Shown: piece by piece, positions 11,011 through 50,653 of the stretch
Numbering within the stretch: position 1 is the first letter of the stretch
How the letters are laid out: each line of letters begins with the position of its first letter
NCBI RefSeq assembly: GCF_009914755.1
Contig: NC_060938.1
Reading direction: 5' to 3' (one strand)
Length of the DNA stretch: 64,000 bases
Source: the human T2T-CHM13v2.0 reference genome, Homo sapiens
Notes under the pieces: model-generated
Database searches by the model: none
Told to the model about the DNA's origin: nothing
The model's input: only the letters and a program-made list of their open reading frames with translations
Position numbers and translations under genes: made by a program

Positions 11011-11448
11011 TTCTAGCAGCCCTGTCAACCCCTCTCCTGTAGTGACTACACCGTATCCCACTACCTAATAAAAGGGGCCAAATCTTCTTCCCTCCATCGT
11101 GGGAGTCAGCCCAGCTGGAATATGGGGCCTTTTAAAGCACTCTTTCTGCCACAACACATAAGGTTGCCGTGCATTTTTGACACTGTGACCCTTCAATACC
11201 AATACGGCTTTTTAGACAGTAATTCCTGGGGCCCTCTAACAATTCCCGACCCTTAGCCCGCTCAAAACAAACACTCCTCACCCTCTAAACTCGGTTTCCT
11301 GTTCTCCCATCTCTTGAAACTCAGCCCATTTGACCTTTTAATCAGTGTCCACTTTGCGATGTCACTTGAAATCACTCTAATTCCCAGTGAGACTAGACAA
11401 CCCCAGAATGATGGTGTGCAAGCTTAAATCCACCAAAGTAAACTTGTT

Positions 11449-12591
<1,143 letters not shown>

Positions 12592-13319
12592 TTATACTCT
12601 GAGGACACAAATTAGGAAAATCAACTTGCTTTAGATGTCTTATTTTTTAAAGATCCTAGCATTACCACTGTCGCTAAAAACACCTAATTACCACTCCTGT
12701 AAACAGCAATACTGTTTTCCCATTCACTGTGGCTCAAAACCTCAACAGTCTCTAAAACCTCCCCCCTGTAGCCACCATCCAATCATTTGCCAAGTGTCAT
12801 TGATTCTCTTACAATATATAACAAAGATTTTGGAGCTGCCAAAGACTCTGTCAACCTTCTTAGTGTATAGATGAGAAAACTGAGGCTTAGAGAGTTGAAT
12901 GTTTGACTATGAAACTAAGTGGCAAGTTAGGATTCATATATCTGACTCCTATTTCTGCTGCCATCTCCCTTACTTATGTAGTTGCTTATGTAAGAGAAAA
13001 GCCTCATAAAAAATCTCTCTACTCACCCTACTAATCCATTCTGCAACCAGATTAATATCCTAAAACACAGTATGGCCAAATCAAACTTGTGCTGGAAAAT
13101 TTTCAAAGGCTCCCAATTACTTAAGACAATATCTTATATTTCCTGTCTTATTTTCTACCATTTGTCTACATATACTTGCTAGCCAAAAAAAGACAAATTA
13201 CTATTGTCGTATTTTTTCTAATCTGAGCCTAATATTGCTGCCTTCAAATTATACACATCTTTAATTTCTTTCTTTGCATTACCAAAATCTTACTTATTAT
13301 CCTCTAAGTTCAACATCAA

Positions 13320-14300
<981 letters not shown>

Positions 14301-14304
14301 TAGT

Positions 14305-14790
14305 GAACATTTGCTAGTTTTTTTCTGCTCAGCAACCAAAAGGCCCCTTCCTATATTTTCCATGGAAAGCTGGATCTTATCTCCCCATATGGAGCCTGGG
14401 GAGATAGGGTTCAATTGCCTCCTCCCCTTCCTAGCAAAGAGGAAGTATGCATGCACATGACCTAGGCTAGTTTAAGTGGATACTCCTGCTGGGGAAGTCT
14501 TGACTTTGCAGGAGTAATGCAAAGACCCAGGACCAACCAGTTAGACAATATTTGGCAATGGCAGATATTAGAGTCCAACTGTAGCATCCTATATAGACTG
14601 GTCAGCAGTGTGACCTTGACCTTCTCTTTGGTCTTCCCTCCTTTGATTTCACACCATTCTCTAAACCAGGTTCTCTAATATTCCCATTACTTTTTTGAGC
14701 CATTCAGTATCCTTGCAATAAATTTTCTTCCTGCTTAAGTTACCCAAAAGATGATTCCTGTTGTTTGCAACCAAGAATCCTAACACAATT
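14305..14790 (+). mobile_element. Old ERVL-class solo LTR (LTR16/LTR33-like)
   Basis: 3' end aataaattttcttcctgcttaagtt...ctgttgtttgcaaccaagaatcctaacaca is typical of this LTR group. Confidence 0.6.
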
Positions 14791-14836
14791 ATTAGGGCCT
14801 AAATTATAGCAATATGGTTCAAAAGATAGTGATAGA

Positions 14837-14867
14837 ATTGTTTATTGGCCTTTTGCTAAGATCAAGT
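14837..14867 (+). pseudogene. U2 snRNA 5' fragment (short truncated retrocopy)
   Basis: attgtttattggccttttgctaagatcaagt vs U2 5' end atcgcttctcggccttttggctaagatcaagt. Confidence 0.7.
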
Positions 14868-14992
14868 TTAAAAAATAATAATGGGAGGGAAATGACAAAG
14901 CCAGAAACACTTAAGGGATAAAAATCAGTAGAACCTGGAGTTCAGAGGGAAAGATGAATAGTTTAGCCATATTGAAAATGAGCTGCCTAGAG

Positions 14993-16010
<1,018 letters not shown>

Positions 16011-16256
16011 AGGAGAAAAGAGAAAGGGGAGGAGAGGAGAGGGGAGGAGAGGAGAGGGGAGGAGAGGAGAGGGGAGGGGAGGGGAGGAGAGGAGAGGAGA
16101 GGAGAAGGGAGGAGAGGGGAAGAGACGGGAGGAGAGGGGAGGAGAGGGGAGGAGAGGGGAGGAGAGGGGAGGAGAGGGGAGGAGAGGGGAGGAGAGGGGA
16201 GGAGAGGGGAGGAGAGGGGAGGGGAGAAAGGAAAGAAAGGAAGAAAGAAAGAGAAC
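16011..16256. repeat. Polypurine tract (GGAGA/GGGGA)n, including perfect GGAGAGGGGA decamers
   Basis: ~245 nt with a single pyrimidine, in the position of an Alu tail. Confidence 0.97.
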
Positions 16257-16499
16257 AACTGCACAAATATTGTTGGGAGAGACAAGAGAATGTTAATGAC
16301 TGTGAAGAACTGGAGAACCTATATCCATTCTGAAGAATGTAGCTGCAATTCACCTCTAATTAAGTCCTGTCAAATACAAACACACATCCAAGGTTGAAAG
16401 AAAACTTCAGATTTTCCAAAAGCCAGAATTTTGACTGTAAATAACTAATTTTTTAAGAAAACTAAACACTATGCAGGATAAAGAAAACACTTAGCTGGG

Positions 16500-17390
<891 letters not shown>

Positions 17391-18677
17391 TTAGGATAAT
17401 TATCTTTTACTTTATATTTTACTTACATTTGTATATGGAAATATAATGAGCTTTGAAGTCCAAGGGACCTGGGTTCAAATTTCTGTCCCATCAAGAAAAT
17501 CAACCTTTCTGAGTCTAGCTCATTCCTCTACATAAAGGGGATAGCAGTATTAAGTTACAGGAACATTTATGAGGATTAATGAAACAACTGGCACAGTGCT
17601 TGACACATAACCACTAAGTCCTAGTAGGTACTTGACAAATGTTGTTGGATAAATTGGAAAAAAAATTGTTTTTGCTAATATCTATACCTAGGATACTGTA
17701 ATGAGCCTGAGAGAGGGTCACTACCCAGATTAATGGCCTCCAAAATAGTTTAGTTTCAGTTGGCTAATACCTATGAGCTTGAGTGCACACTCTAGCTCTC
17801 TCTCCCTTTATATTAAATCTAATTTAAGGTGAACAGGAATAGCTACATTCTAGATTCTAGAGTCTGAAGATCATGTTCAACTAAATGGCTTTGGTCAGCC
17901 TAAGCCTGCTCTAGATGTTCTATGTCACTAGTATCCCATTTTGAGTGGTGAGACTTCACACTCTAAAGGATCCAAGGAAGGGTCATAAAAATTGCAAAAA
18001 CACCACTCCCACCCTCAAACATATTTTTTTTCCCATGGCTTACAGGACACCACACTTTTCAAGTTTTCCTTCAATCTATTTAACCACTTTTTTAAAAAAA
18101 AAAATTTATTTGCTACTTTTTTCCTATACCACCCCTTTAATTGAAGTTCACTTTGGTCCTAGACCTTCTTTTCATTCTATACTTTCTTTTCAAGGATGTT
18201 TAATTCCAATACATCACCTCAATTATTATTCATTATTTTCTTCAATAAATTATATGCTTATGTCTCTCATATCTCTGGGCAAGATGTCACCTTTGAACTC
18301 TTGGTCTGTATATCTCCCTGCTTAATCCATAGCTTTTCTTGGTAGACTCTCCAGTTCCCCCATCCCTATCCCACTACCACATGTGCACATACACAAACTG
18401 GTAATCATTCTCCAGCATCTCCTATCTGGATAGTCATGGTTGCACAGACCAGAAACCTACCTTACTACCCGTACCCAGTATTTTAAATTCCCATCTTTAC
18501 CTCCTAAAGATCCCTCAAATCCATCTACTTCTGCCTTTATTACCCTTTGGCTCAAAAGATGGCTCAATTTATCATGTTCATTTCCCTAGACTACTGCAAT
18601 TACCTTCTAACTGGTTCTCTTCCATTCTGCCACTTTAATTCTTACTTATCCTTCAAAGCTCATTTCAACAAAAAGTT

Positions 18678-19625
<948 letters not shown>

Positions 19626-19694
19626 CTAAAATTGCTGAATGTACATTACATGCCAGGCACTCTAAGCAATGAAAATGTATTAACATACTTAATT

Positions 19695-22641
<2,947 letters not shown>

Positions 22642-23637
22642 CTACTCTTGGTTGTGTTACCTAACCTCACAGTCTTTTTTTATTTTCCCTGTAAAATGAA
22701 ACTAGCACCACATACATTTCAGTTATTCTTAAGATTAAAAGATAACATACAATGTTTGGCACATAGTAGGCAAATAAAAAGGAATTTATTATTCTCCATC
22801 CAATATCTTAAAACAGTACCACTGAAGGCTTCTCTCAAAGCAAAATTACTCCTCAGAGACTTGGCAGAGCTGATCTGTTAGGCAGAATGGAGGGATACCG
22901 AAATAGATGTAAAAGTTTCACAATTAGAATGGCAGGACTGCTGGGCAGGATGAAAGGACTCCAGTACTACCGTGCTGAGAAAGCAGCACAAGTCTTTAAC
23001 ATCATAACCATGAAACAGATTTCAACCAGCACTTGTGATCTAGAGTAACATCCCAGGTAATTCAACTAATCACTTTTATGTTTGTAGGAATATGTCAGTG
23101 TCTATTTCTTAAGTATTCAATTTACTTCACAATACCTGCTTGTGGTAACTTTTAGTTTCCAACTGACTAGACTGTCCCTTGGTAGTTCACATGCCCAGAT
23201 CCAGCTTACTTAGCTTTTGACTCCAATGACTTTCAGGAGCATAGTGAAAGGAAGTAACCACTGCCTACACTATATAGTTAAATTTTCATTTAAAAAAGCA
23301 GTCATATTTGTAAAACAGGCGAAAGCACTAAATTTTATAGGAGAATTGATATGCAAATTAAGGAAGAACTGACTAATGTGCCCCAGACCCAGGAAGGGGA
23401 GGAAAAACAAGAATGACTGAGTACTGAGTAGAAGAAATGAAAAATACTGAGTAAAAGTTCAATGTTTATGCAACTTGCTAGCCCCTATTCAAAAATCCAC
23501 TAATTTGTGCAGCAGCAATAGAAAATGAAAAAAAAGATGAAAAAATTCAGAAATCCAGAAACATCTTACCATTAGTGCTGTTTACTTAGATAGATGTATA
23601 TCTGATAAAATCATGTTCCATACACGAAATTCTGTTA

Positions 23638-28007
<4,370 letters not shown>

Positions 28008-29059
28008 ATTTCAGTTTTAAACTTTCTCCTAAGCCTGTCTCTTCAAACTTGCCTACTCTCTCTTTGGCCAATATCTTTCACTTGCCTTCAGATCCACTGA
28101 CACGCCTCTCTTGCAGCAGAAGGTCTTCTTACATGGAAAATGTTTTTCTTATCATAACTCTTTTTTTAAGGGTTGGGATAATTCCAAAGTACTTGAAATA
28201 AGTTTCTCATATCTTGCTCTATGAGGTTGACTAGAATTTGTTCTGAAACCTATTGGATGACCAATACAAAAGAAATTCCTAAGCAGAAGACACGATCTAA
28301 TTAACTAACACAGGACACGATTCAAATCACAAACTCACTTTCGATATGTAATGTGCCCCACACCAGATGACTTCAGCATATGCTAACCTAGGCTGAGAAT
28401 CCTTGACTGAGTCGACAAACTCAGAAAAGCATGGAGATGAAACGATCTGTAGACGCCGCTGTGATGGTAGGATGCAGCAGACACTGATAAGGCAGCTCCC
28501 CTGGCTTGTGTTTGGGGCGCTCCGCTGTTTATTCTTTAATAGAAAAAGACAGAGTTCTAAATCTTTGACTTCTGGCTCACTTTGCTTAGCCATACGAAAG
28601 AGATGGGTCCACTATATACCTTTTCTGTGAAGACCCTAACCGCTTCAAGACTGTCCCTTAAAAAGCAAGAGGCTGCTGCATTTATACAGCTGCTGCAGGG
28701 AAATTCCCTGCGACACTAGAGACAGGTAAATAAACTGCATTCGTTCCAAAGCAGGGGGAAGGGTCTTCTATCAGTGAAGAGTTTACATAATGCAACGGAA
28801 AACCAGTGAGCTCTGCAGACCTGTCAAGGAGGATGCAAGGCTTGAGCTCCTCTCTTCCCACCATCTCTAAACATTCTCCAACAGCCTGCTCTTCACTGCC
28901 AGGAGACCCACAGAACTTACACCTGAGAATGAGTAACAATCTGCTTACGCTTACCCCATGCTTTCCTACCCACCTTTATTATTAAAATACAGAAGAAAAA
29001 AAAATAAAAAGAAGTAGAAAACCCTAACCACCTATTTCTGAATCCAAAGTATGGAGTAA

Positions 29060-29900
29060 CCAAACGGGGCCGAGGAGTTTTCCCTTCTCTGAAGAGAGGA
29101 GAACAAGGCGCCGCCTCCAATCTACACTACGCCCAGTAATGCAATGACAAGCCCTGAAAACTCCACAGCGTCCCAAGCAGTCCCTCGCGGCTCGGCCCGG
29201 CTCGGACCCCGCGGCCCGGCAGCCACCCTCTCCCCCGGCCTCTCACAAAGGAGACTGGTTCAGTCCGGAGCATCACCCCGCACCTGATCCCTCACAACTG
29301 GGGGGCGAGCAGGGGGTGGAAGAGAGAGGAGAAGGAGTTACTTAAATCAAATCTCTGAGAGCCTCAGCTTTTGCTGACTCCTGGCCCAGCACTGAGGAGC
29401 GGGTGCGAGCGGGAAGCCTACCTGTGCAAGTCCTGGTACTTCCTTTCCAGGCAGCGTTTCAACTCACCCTCTCCGAGAACAAGGCGCCTTCCGGCGGAGC
29501 ATGGCCAGCCCTCGCCTCAATCTAGCTTGCTAGTAGTCCATTCTCCCTAGGCTCCGCCCCCCTGCGCTCCCATCCGCCAATGGCAGCACCGAAGCCCGGC
29601 CTCTTCCAGCGAGCTAGTGTGAGCGCCATCCAGGAAGTCTCTTGAGGGTGGAAGGTCCTAGGAGGATGAGAAGGGTACGTAGGCGACCACAAATATGCCT
29701 GATTGAAAATAAAATCTGGCGGCGGCTCGCCTCTGACGACTCAGTTCACAGGCGGCCAGGCCCCTCGGCATCTTTTTTTGACCCCCGCCATTGGGGGCGC
29801 TGTGAACTAAAACAACACTTAGTTACCTACTTCTGGGAAGCCATCTTGGCTCGGACTCCGGGACTGGGTGAGAGTGCTTAAAGAATGTGAAGACCCTGTC
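29060..29900 (-). promoter_or_regulatory. CHD8: CHD8 distal CpG-island promoter and non-coding first exon (~29510 to donor at 29422)
   Basis: CpG-rich; GC box ggctccgcccc 29551-29561; CCAAT 29577-29581; ETS-like ccggaag (minus) 29488-29494; donors CAG|gtaggc (29422) and AGG|gtgagt (29468); TSS position is inferred. Confidence 0.8.
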
Positions 29901-30280
29901 GGTCTTCTGTCCGACTATCTAGGTCCAGCCCGAACATACTCTGCTGTATACACTTAGGAGGCCCCTCAGTCACGACGTGAAACCCTGGAGTAATGCCGTA
30001 TGTGGTTACGGGCAACAACCACCACCACCCTCTCACTTAACTGTAGGAGTAAAGCAATTTTAACAAATCAAATAAGCAAAAATTAATTCTTCTAATGAGA
30101 GTGAAAGTTGCACTTTCCTAGGGTAATCCTTTATGGACACCTCACTCAAAATATCAGGACATGTATCTATTATAGGTGCTACTAAGCTTTAGGATTCACT
30201 GCAAATTTTCCAGTAGGGGCACTGTGAATCAGTTGGAAATCAAGAACAGGACTTAAGGAGGAATTCCTTTTTTTTTTTAA

Positions 30281-31393
<1,113 letters not shown>

Positions 31394-32399
31394 TCTGTCA
31401 ACCAAATTCTCTCCTGGCTACTGCTGCCATTATATCAATTTGATGTTAGTATTAAGATTTATCAGAACAATGTGTTTGTCTGTAAATGCATATACAGATA
31501 TAACCTTAATTATTAATAGTTTCTAGGATGAGAGCCTATTATCCATCTGGTACAGAATAGACCTGTCATCAAAGGAGCTATAGATATTATGGAAATGGGA
31601 ACAGGTGTGCCTGAACCAATTTCTGGTACCTACACTGATCTTAGTATGATTTCCAATGGTCTTGGCCTTCAAAAACCAATGGACATTGGTAAGACTATAG
31701 ATGGAAAAAAAAAAAAAGTGGACATTATTTCATAACTACCATTCTTCATATGGGGTGGCATATCCACTTTTTATAATTCTTCATGACCACTTCACTCAGA
31801 ATACAGATGATTTTGCCCAGATACTTTTTTTTCTCATGCTTCCCTTACAATTGGTGCAATACCCAAGTACAGAAGGTCATAAGTCGGCTTGGTTAATAGA
31901 ACAAGATATGGGCATTAATATTAAAAAACTGTGCTCCAAAATATCAAAATGGTATCCTTTATTGACTCTGAAAGCAGTAGCTCTAGGCAGAATGCTGTCT
32001 TTGACCAATCCTCTAATGCTTCTCAATTGCTAAAGATTGTTTTTTTGGGTAGTAAAAAAAAAAAAAACAAAAAAAAAACCTTCTGTACAGAAACTAGTTT
32101 TTATTACTTTAGTTTTCGCCCAGAGGTAAGGGGGCAGGCTAACTCCAAGTTCAACAGCTTCAAATCCTTTTTGGAATCAGATAGGATTTTAAAAACAAAA
32201 CAAAAGCATAACCAAAGCAATACCCCAAATGTCTTCCAACTTCCTGTGGTGCACTGTCAACTATTACTACTACTACTGGGGTCAGAATCGAGTATAGCAT
32301 GAATCCCAAAGAGGCTTCTTCATTATCTTTGATTTAATTCCCTGAGAGGAGAGTATCTACTAATGTTTGGGATACAATTAGAAATGACACATGGAGTAT

Positions 32400-34809
<2,410 letters not shown>

Positions 34810-34964
34810 TCATTAATTATATTTTCTAAAAGCAGATTTGACCTTGGCAGGTAACCAGATGCCCTAGCCACGCTGATGTGGAACAATAATCTGTGACAGT
34901 AAGAATAAGATGACTACCTGTGGTCTAAATATCCTAGTTGACTACAGTGGCTTTTGTGCACTTT

Positions 34965-35255
34965 TTTTTTCCTTGAGGAAATGAGGTCTCCCTATGTTGC
35001 CCAGGCTGCAGTGCAGTGGCTATTCACAGTATGATCAGTGTGCACTATAGCCTCAAACTTCTGGCCTCAAGTGATCCTGCCTCAGCCTCCCAAGTAGCTG
35101 AGACTATGGGTGCGCCACTGCACCCCTGTGCTCATTTTAGAGACGGAGTCTCTCTTTGTTGCCCAGGCCGGTCTCAAAGTCCTGGCTTCAAGCAATCTCC
35201 CCAGCTCAGCCTCTCCAAGTGCTGAGATTATAAGCATGAGCCGCCACACCTGGCC
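34965..35255 (-). mobile_element. FAM-like monomer (34965-35125) plus FLAM-like monomer (35135-35255)
   Basis: First retains 7SL-like gtggctattcacag; second is flanked by cctgtgctcatttt. Confidence 0.75.
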
Positions 35256-35708
35256 CCTGTGCTCATTTTTAAGGGACAATGTTATACTTAAATGTCATAG
35301 CTACGTGCAGAATCAGGGTGTGACGAGGTAGAAGTGGAGGCGGCAAAGTGCAGAAGTAGCATATGATTCTTTTTGTCTTGTTCCAGAATTTACTTTATAG
35401 AAATTACTCTCCTAAGCAATTATGAATTATACCTCCCTTACGTTCTAGAATAGTAAAAAACTGAGGTTGACAAGAAAATCTCCCATATTGTGTAAGTCTT
35501 TTAAATCACCAATAATCTCTTTAAGCATTCTGAGTGTCAGACTTGAGAAAAACAGAAAATGATGACAGGTCTCTGTGTACCTAGATTTAAAAAAAAAAAA
35601 AAAAAAGTGTTGAATTGGCAGAGCTTTTAAATTGTATAATGATAGATGGGGAATGTAAGCATTCCATTCTAGGGAACCTCCAGTTGTATTCAGAACAAGC
35701 CAAAGTTA

Positions 35709-35825
<117 letters not shown>

Positions 35826-35943
35826 TCATCAGTCTCAAGTTCAGGTAGAGAAATGAGGGAAAGAGAATATTAATTATTATTCATATTTGAATTTCTAAGG
35901 TGAATTAGGAACCATTAGAAGACAGTAAAAAACATAGAAGGTC

Positions 35944-38415
<2,472 letters not shown>

Positions 38416-38569
38416 AAGAATAAGGCAAGGTTGGGCTGTTTGTGATTCGTATTTTTCAATTTGAAAATTTTCATTTGGGAGGTTTCCAGTTTTCCAACTC
38501 CTTGGAAAAAAAGTGTAAGACCATTAAAGAACAACAAATCTACAATATTTTAATTTATTATACCATCAG

Positions 38570-39575
38570 CTGTGTGAAGACCAGGGAAGATCTAAATGTC
38601 AACCCTCCCAAATTTGTACCTCTAGCCCAGATGCTTGACTAAGCACCAGATTTGTACATTTGTGAATTCTTCATTTCCACACTGATACATAAAACGGACT
38701 TCAAACTTAACACATCAAAATGGAACTTCTTTTCCCCTAGCCTGTGTTTGCTGCAGGCTTCTGTATCTCAGTAAATGGCATAAGCCAAAAACCAAAGTGT
38801 TATTATTGATACCCTTTGCTCCCTACTCCAAATATCTAATCCATTCCAAAGTGAAGTACTTCCAATATGTACCTTAAAATTATCCTTTCTTTCTCTTTCC
38901 AGGGTCACTTCCTAGACCAAGCTACCATTCTTTCTCATGTGGACTATTGCAACTGGGATACTACTTCAGTCCTTGTTCTCCTCCAGAGTGATCTTTTAAA
39001 ATCTGATCAAGCCACTTCTCTACTTAAAACTTTAAAATGCTTCAGGTGTATTTATTTATTATTATTTTTAATCCCCCATCTCCCAAGCTTCAATTTCCAT
39101 GTATTTAGAATAAAATCCAAAACCCTTACTCAGGCCTCTAAGGTGCTATAAAATCTGGTCCCTACCTACTTTTCCAACCTCATCTTGCACTATTCCCTCT
39201 TGATTTAGTCCAATCACACTAGGTTTCTTTCAATAAACGTGTCAAGCTTCTTCCAAGTTCAAGGTGTTTGTATAGTTTGTTCCCCCCAAGTAATACCCTT
39301 TTAAAAAAATCTTTGCCCAGCAGGCTCTTGCCCATCCTTCAGATCCCAGCTTAATATCACTCCTAATCAAAAGTAGGTACCCTGTTATTCTTTCGTAGCA
39401 CCCTTTTTCCTCCATTGCATTTATCACAATTTACAATTTGATACAAATAATTTTATATTTAACATCTATGCCCCCACTAGACTGTAAGCTGCACAAGAGC
39501 AGGGGGACGACTTTTTTCCACCTTGCAAACTCAGAATCTGGCACAGTCGTTTTCAATACATTGACTGATACACTA
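38570..39575 (+). mobile_element. L2 3' region
   Basis: cttcaaacttaacac..., tttagaataaaatccaaa and ccccactagactgtaagct match L2 consensus motifs. Confidence 0.7.
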
Positions 39576-39701
<126 letters not shown>

Positions 39702-39704
39702 CTA

Positions 39705-39914
<210 letters not shown>

Positions 39915-39928
39915 TTAGCCTGTGGCCA

Positions 39929-41685
<1,757 letters not shown>

Positions 41686-41741
41686 TGCATAGAGTACCTA
41701 GATGACTCCTGTTAACTATTATTCACATGGATACAATTTTA

Positions 41742-41960
<219 letters not shown>

Positions 41961-42054
41961 TTAACATCCTTAACAGAATCAGTAGATAGAAAAAAAAAAA
42001 AAGCTTTAGAGGATTTAGGGAAGAATCTCCCTCCCATGCACCAGATCTGGCTCA

Positions 42055-42204
<150 letters not shown>

Positions 42205-42319
42205 TCACATGCCACCCTAATACAAAGGACTTAACTAAAAAAAGAATTTCTATTACGAAAAGAGAATTAGGGAAAGAAAACATGCCTGCCCGAGAAGAAA
42301 CCCAAGTGGGAAATCAATA

Positions 42320-42510
42320 TTTTTCTATGGGAGTGCATTGATATTTTGGGCAGTCACTTACTCTTCCTGAGAGACTGTCCATCAGATTAGTGGATGTTTA
42401 GCATCCTAGATCCCAGTCACTAAATACCTGTGGCACCCCAGTCAGCACGATAAAGACGATGAAGACATTTGCATACATTTCCCAATATCCTCATAAAAGA
42501 ACAACTGGAA
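42320..42510. mobile_element. MER20-like hAT MITE remnant
   Basis: ggatgtttagcatcc...cactaaatacctgtggcacccc resembles MER20. Confidence 0.45.
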
Positions 42511-43332
42511 ATAGGACTGGAAACGGAGTGTATGTCATTTTTTTCAATCCCAAATATGATATTGAACACACCATATTAATCTTTCTGTTCCCATTTCTTT
42601 ATCTGTAAAAAGGAAAGTTATCTTAGAATGCCAAAACCTGGTCTAATAGAAATTTCATTCCAATGAATCAATATAAAAATTAGATTAAAAGCACTTCAAC
42701 TGATTATCTTCTAACTGACCTTTAGTGTTCCACTGATAATGCAAGACTACCTAGATGTCCCTTGCTGGGCTTCTGTCATGGGAAATAGGAATAACAAACA
42801 GAGAAAGAAGCCCAGGGCCCAGCATAGAGTTTTCCTAGAAAAATCCAAATGTTCACACTCTAATCTCATTTCCAGTTGGACAAAGATATTAAGTTCTATT
42901 TAAAACTGAGTAATTTATTAATGCCCCCATAATACTGGGTACTTTTGCTTTCTTGATGGACTAGTTCTTTTTTTTTCCTTTAGGGAAAACAAAAACATTT
43001 TTTAAATAATATGAATACCCTGTACATTGAATCTATCCTATTAAGAAAGTTTTCACATTCTTGAAATAATTTATCCTTACATCCCTACATAACAGGAGGT
43101 AAGACTATAATTTATAGGTTACAAATGGGAGAATCATGATTAAGGATGTGGGAAAATAAATGGCTTTCTCATAGTATAATACCAGTAACAGTGGTAACAC
43201 TAATTATAACACTGCAATAGTACTATAAACTACTTTTTGGCATATAAAATGTGCTACGAACTTTAAGAGACAATTACATATATTATTTCATTTACTTCTC
43301 TTAGCAACCCTGGGGCCGATATTATTATTCCC

Positions 43333-48972
<5,640 letters not shown>

Positions 48973-49867
48973 AACAATACATTTTACATTTCCAATAATT
49001 GCCAGAGGCACAATTAAGCATTGTTGCCTTGTTAAGCATTGTATCATTAGCCCCTATCGCAAAGTGAGAATTCGCTCAATATTCCCTTTAAAATACCTTT
49101 TAGTTGATACTGCCAAATCCTTTTCTAACCCCATCAATTATTTGACTCTAAATAAATCCGTTAGGAACAGTGGTAGCTTCAGGTTTCCATACAGGTGGGA
49201 CTTGGAAGTAGCAATATGGTAAGAATGGGGATGTAGGGGTTTATTTAGAAACTGCATTTGCATGGCAAGAAAGCTAGTTTCATATATGTTGTTTATTTGG
49301 ACTGGGGTTACGGAGATAACGAAGAGGGGGTAGTTAAAAGCCTCTTCAGGCCATGCCTTATCACAAACGTGTGGGAAAGGTTAGTATTTTCCAGGATCGC
49401 CAGTGCGTTTGAGGAACTGTTAACACACTCTTTCATTTAAAAGGAAAGTTTTTAGTTTTATTTGCCTATTAATTCTAAGGCAGGGATGACTCCTCAATTT
49501 GCTTCTTCACCAATATAAAAAATGTCCATGTATTGGTGTTTACTTTTTAAAAGTAAGGCTGGTATTAATTTACCTCAAAGCACAGATGAGTTCATAAATA
49601 AGCAGTTATGCTTTCGTGGGATTTTCCATAAACATACAAATTGTATTTGAAAAAAAATTATATGACGAGTCTATACCTCACACTCTAAAAAGTTACCTTT
49701 CAATTATATACTCTCCCTTACACTACTCCCCACATATCAACGTTTCATTGGTCACTTCATTAACATAAGTTTGGACTAGTTTAAAGTAGTGAGGGGTAAC
49801 TTTTTACTTCGAACACTGAAGGCTGCTAACTTTCCACTTTAGCAATTTAGCTAGTCAGGTTTTATCA

Positions 49868-50191
<324 letters not shown>

Positions 50192-50195
50192 TTAC

Positions 50196-50241
50196 CTGTG
50201 TCTCCGATGATGATATACTTGAAGAGATAAGCATAAGTCAT
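50196..50241 (-). CDS. RAB2B: RAB2B exon 1 coding part (MTYAYLFKYIIIGDT)
   Basis: accATG at 50241; CAG|gtaacc at 50196; the 8 exons sum to 651 nt = 216 aa + stop. Confidence 0.97.
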
Positions 50242-50647
50242 GGTGTCGCGTCCTCTGGGTTCCGGGTCCGCCCGACTTCTATAGCCACTTACCTCCGACC
50301 TCTCTAGCCACTCAATCTACCGATCTTCTTCTTCTCCCCCTTCCCCCCGCTCCCCCGCCCCTCCGGCTCCTCTAGCCCAGATCACGTCTCTATTGCACTC
50401 CCCGGAATCATCCTTAGGTCGGGAGTACCCTACGCCACCTCCAGGGACGCTTCTAGCACTTCTACATGCCCTTATCCCTCCAAACTCCAGGGGGCGATAG
50501 CCCAGCGCCTGACTCTCTGCAGCCCCACGGCGCTCCTTCCAATCAGCAGAGAGAACACACGTCCTTGCGGAAGTGACGGCAGTTCCGAGTCCAGTGGGGG
50601 CGGTGGGAGCGATGAGGGTCTGAGGCGGTGGGAGCGGTTGTGTGAAG

Positions 50648-50653
50648 ATGGAG
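50648..50653 (+). CDS. TOX4: TOX4 exon 1 coding part (ME)
   Basis: aagATGGAG|gtagga; in frame with exon 2. Confidence 0.9.

Noticed and set aside
28910-28960. Possible recursive splice site (ctcag|GTgtaagt) in CHD8 intron 1
   Set aside because: The AG and GTAAGT are offset by 2 nt, the pyrimidine tract is poor, and it lies only ~500 nt into the intron
29889-29907. Perfect 7-bp inverted repeat GAAGACC-N5-GGTCTTC (paired BbsI sites)
   Set aside because: Expected by chance in 64 kb; no vector sequence nearby
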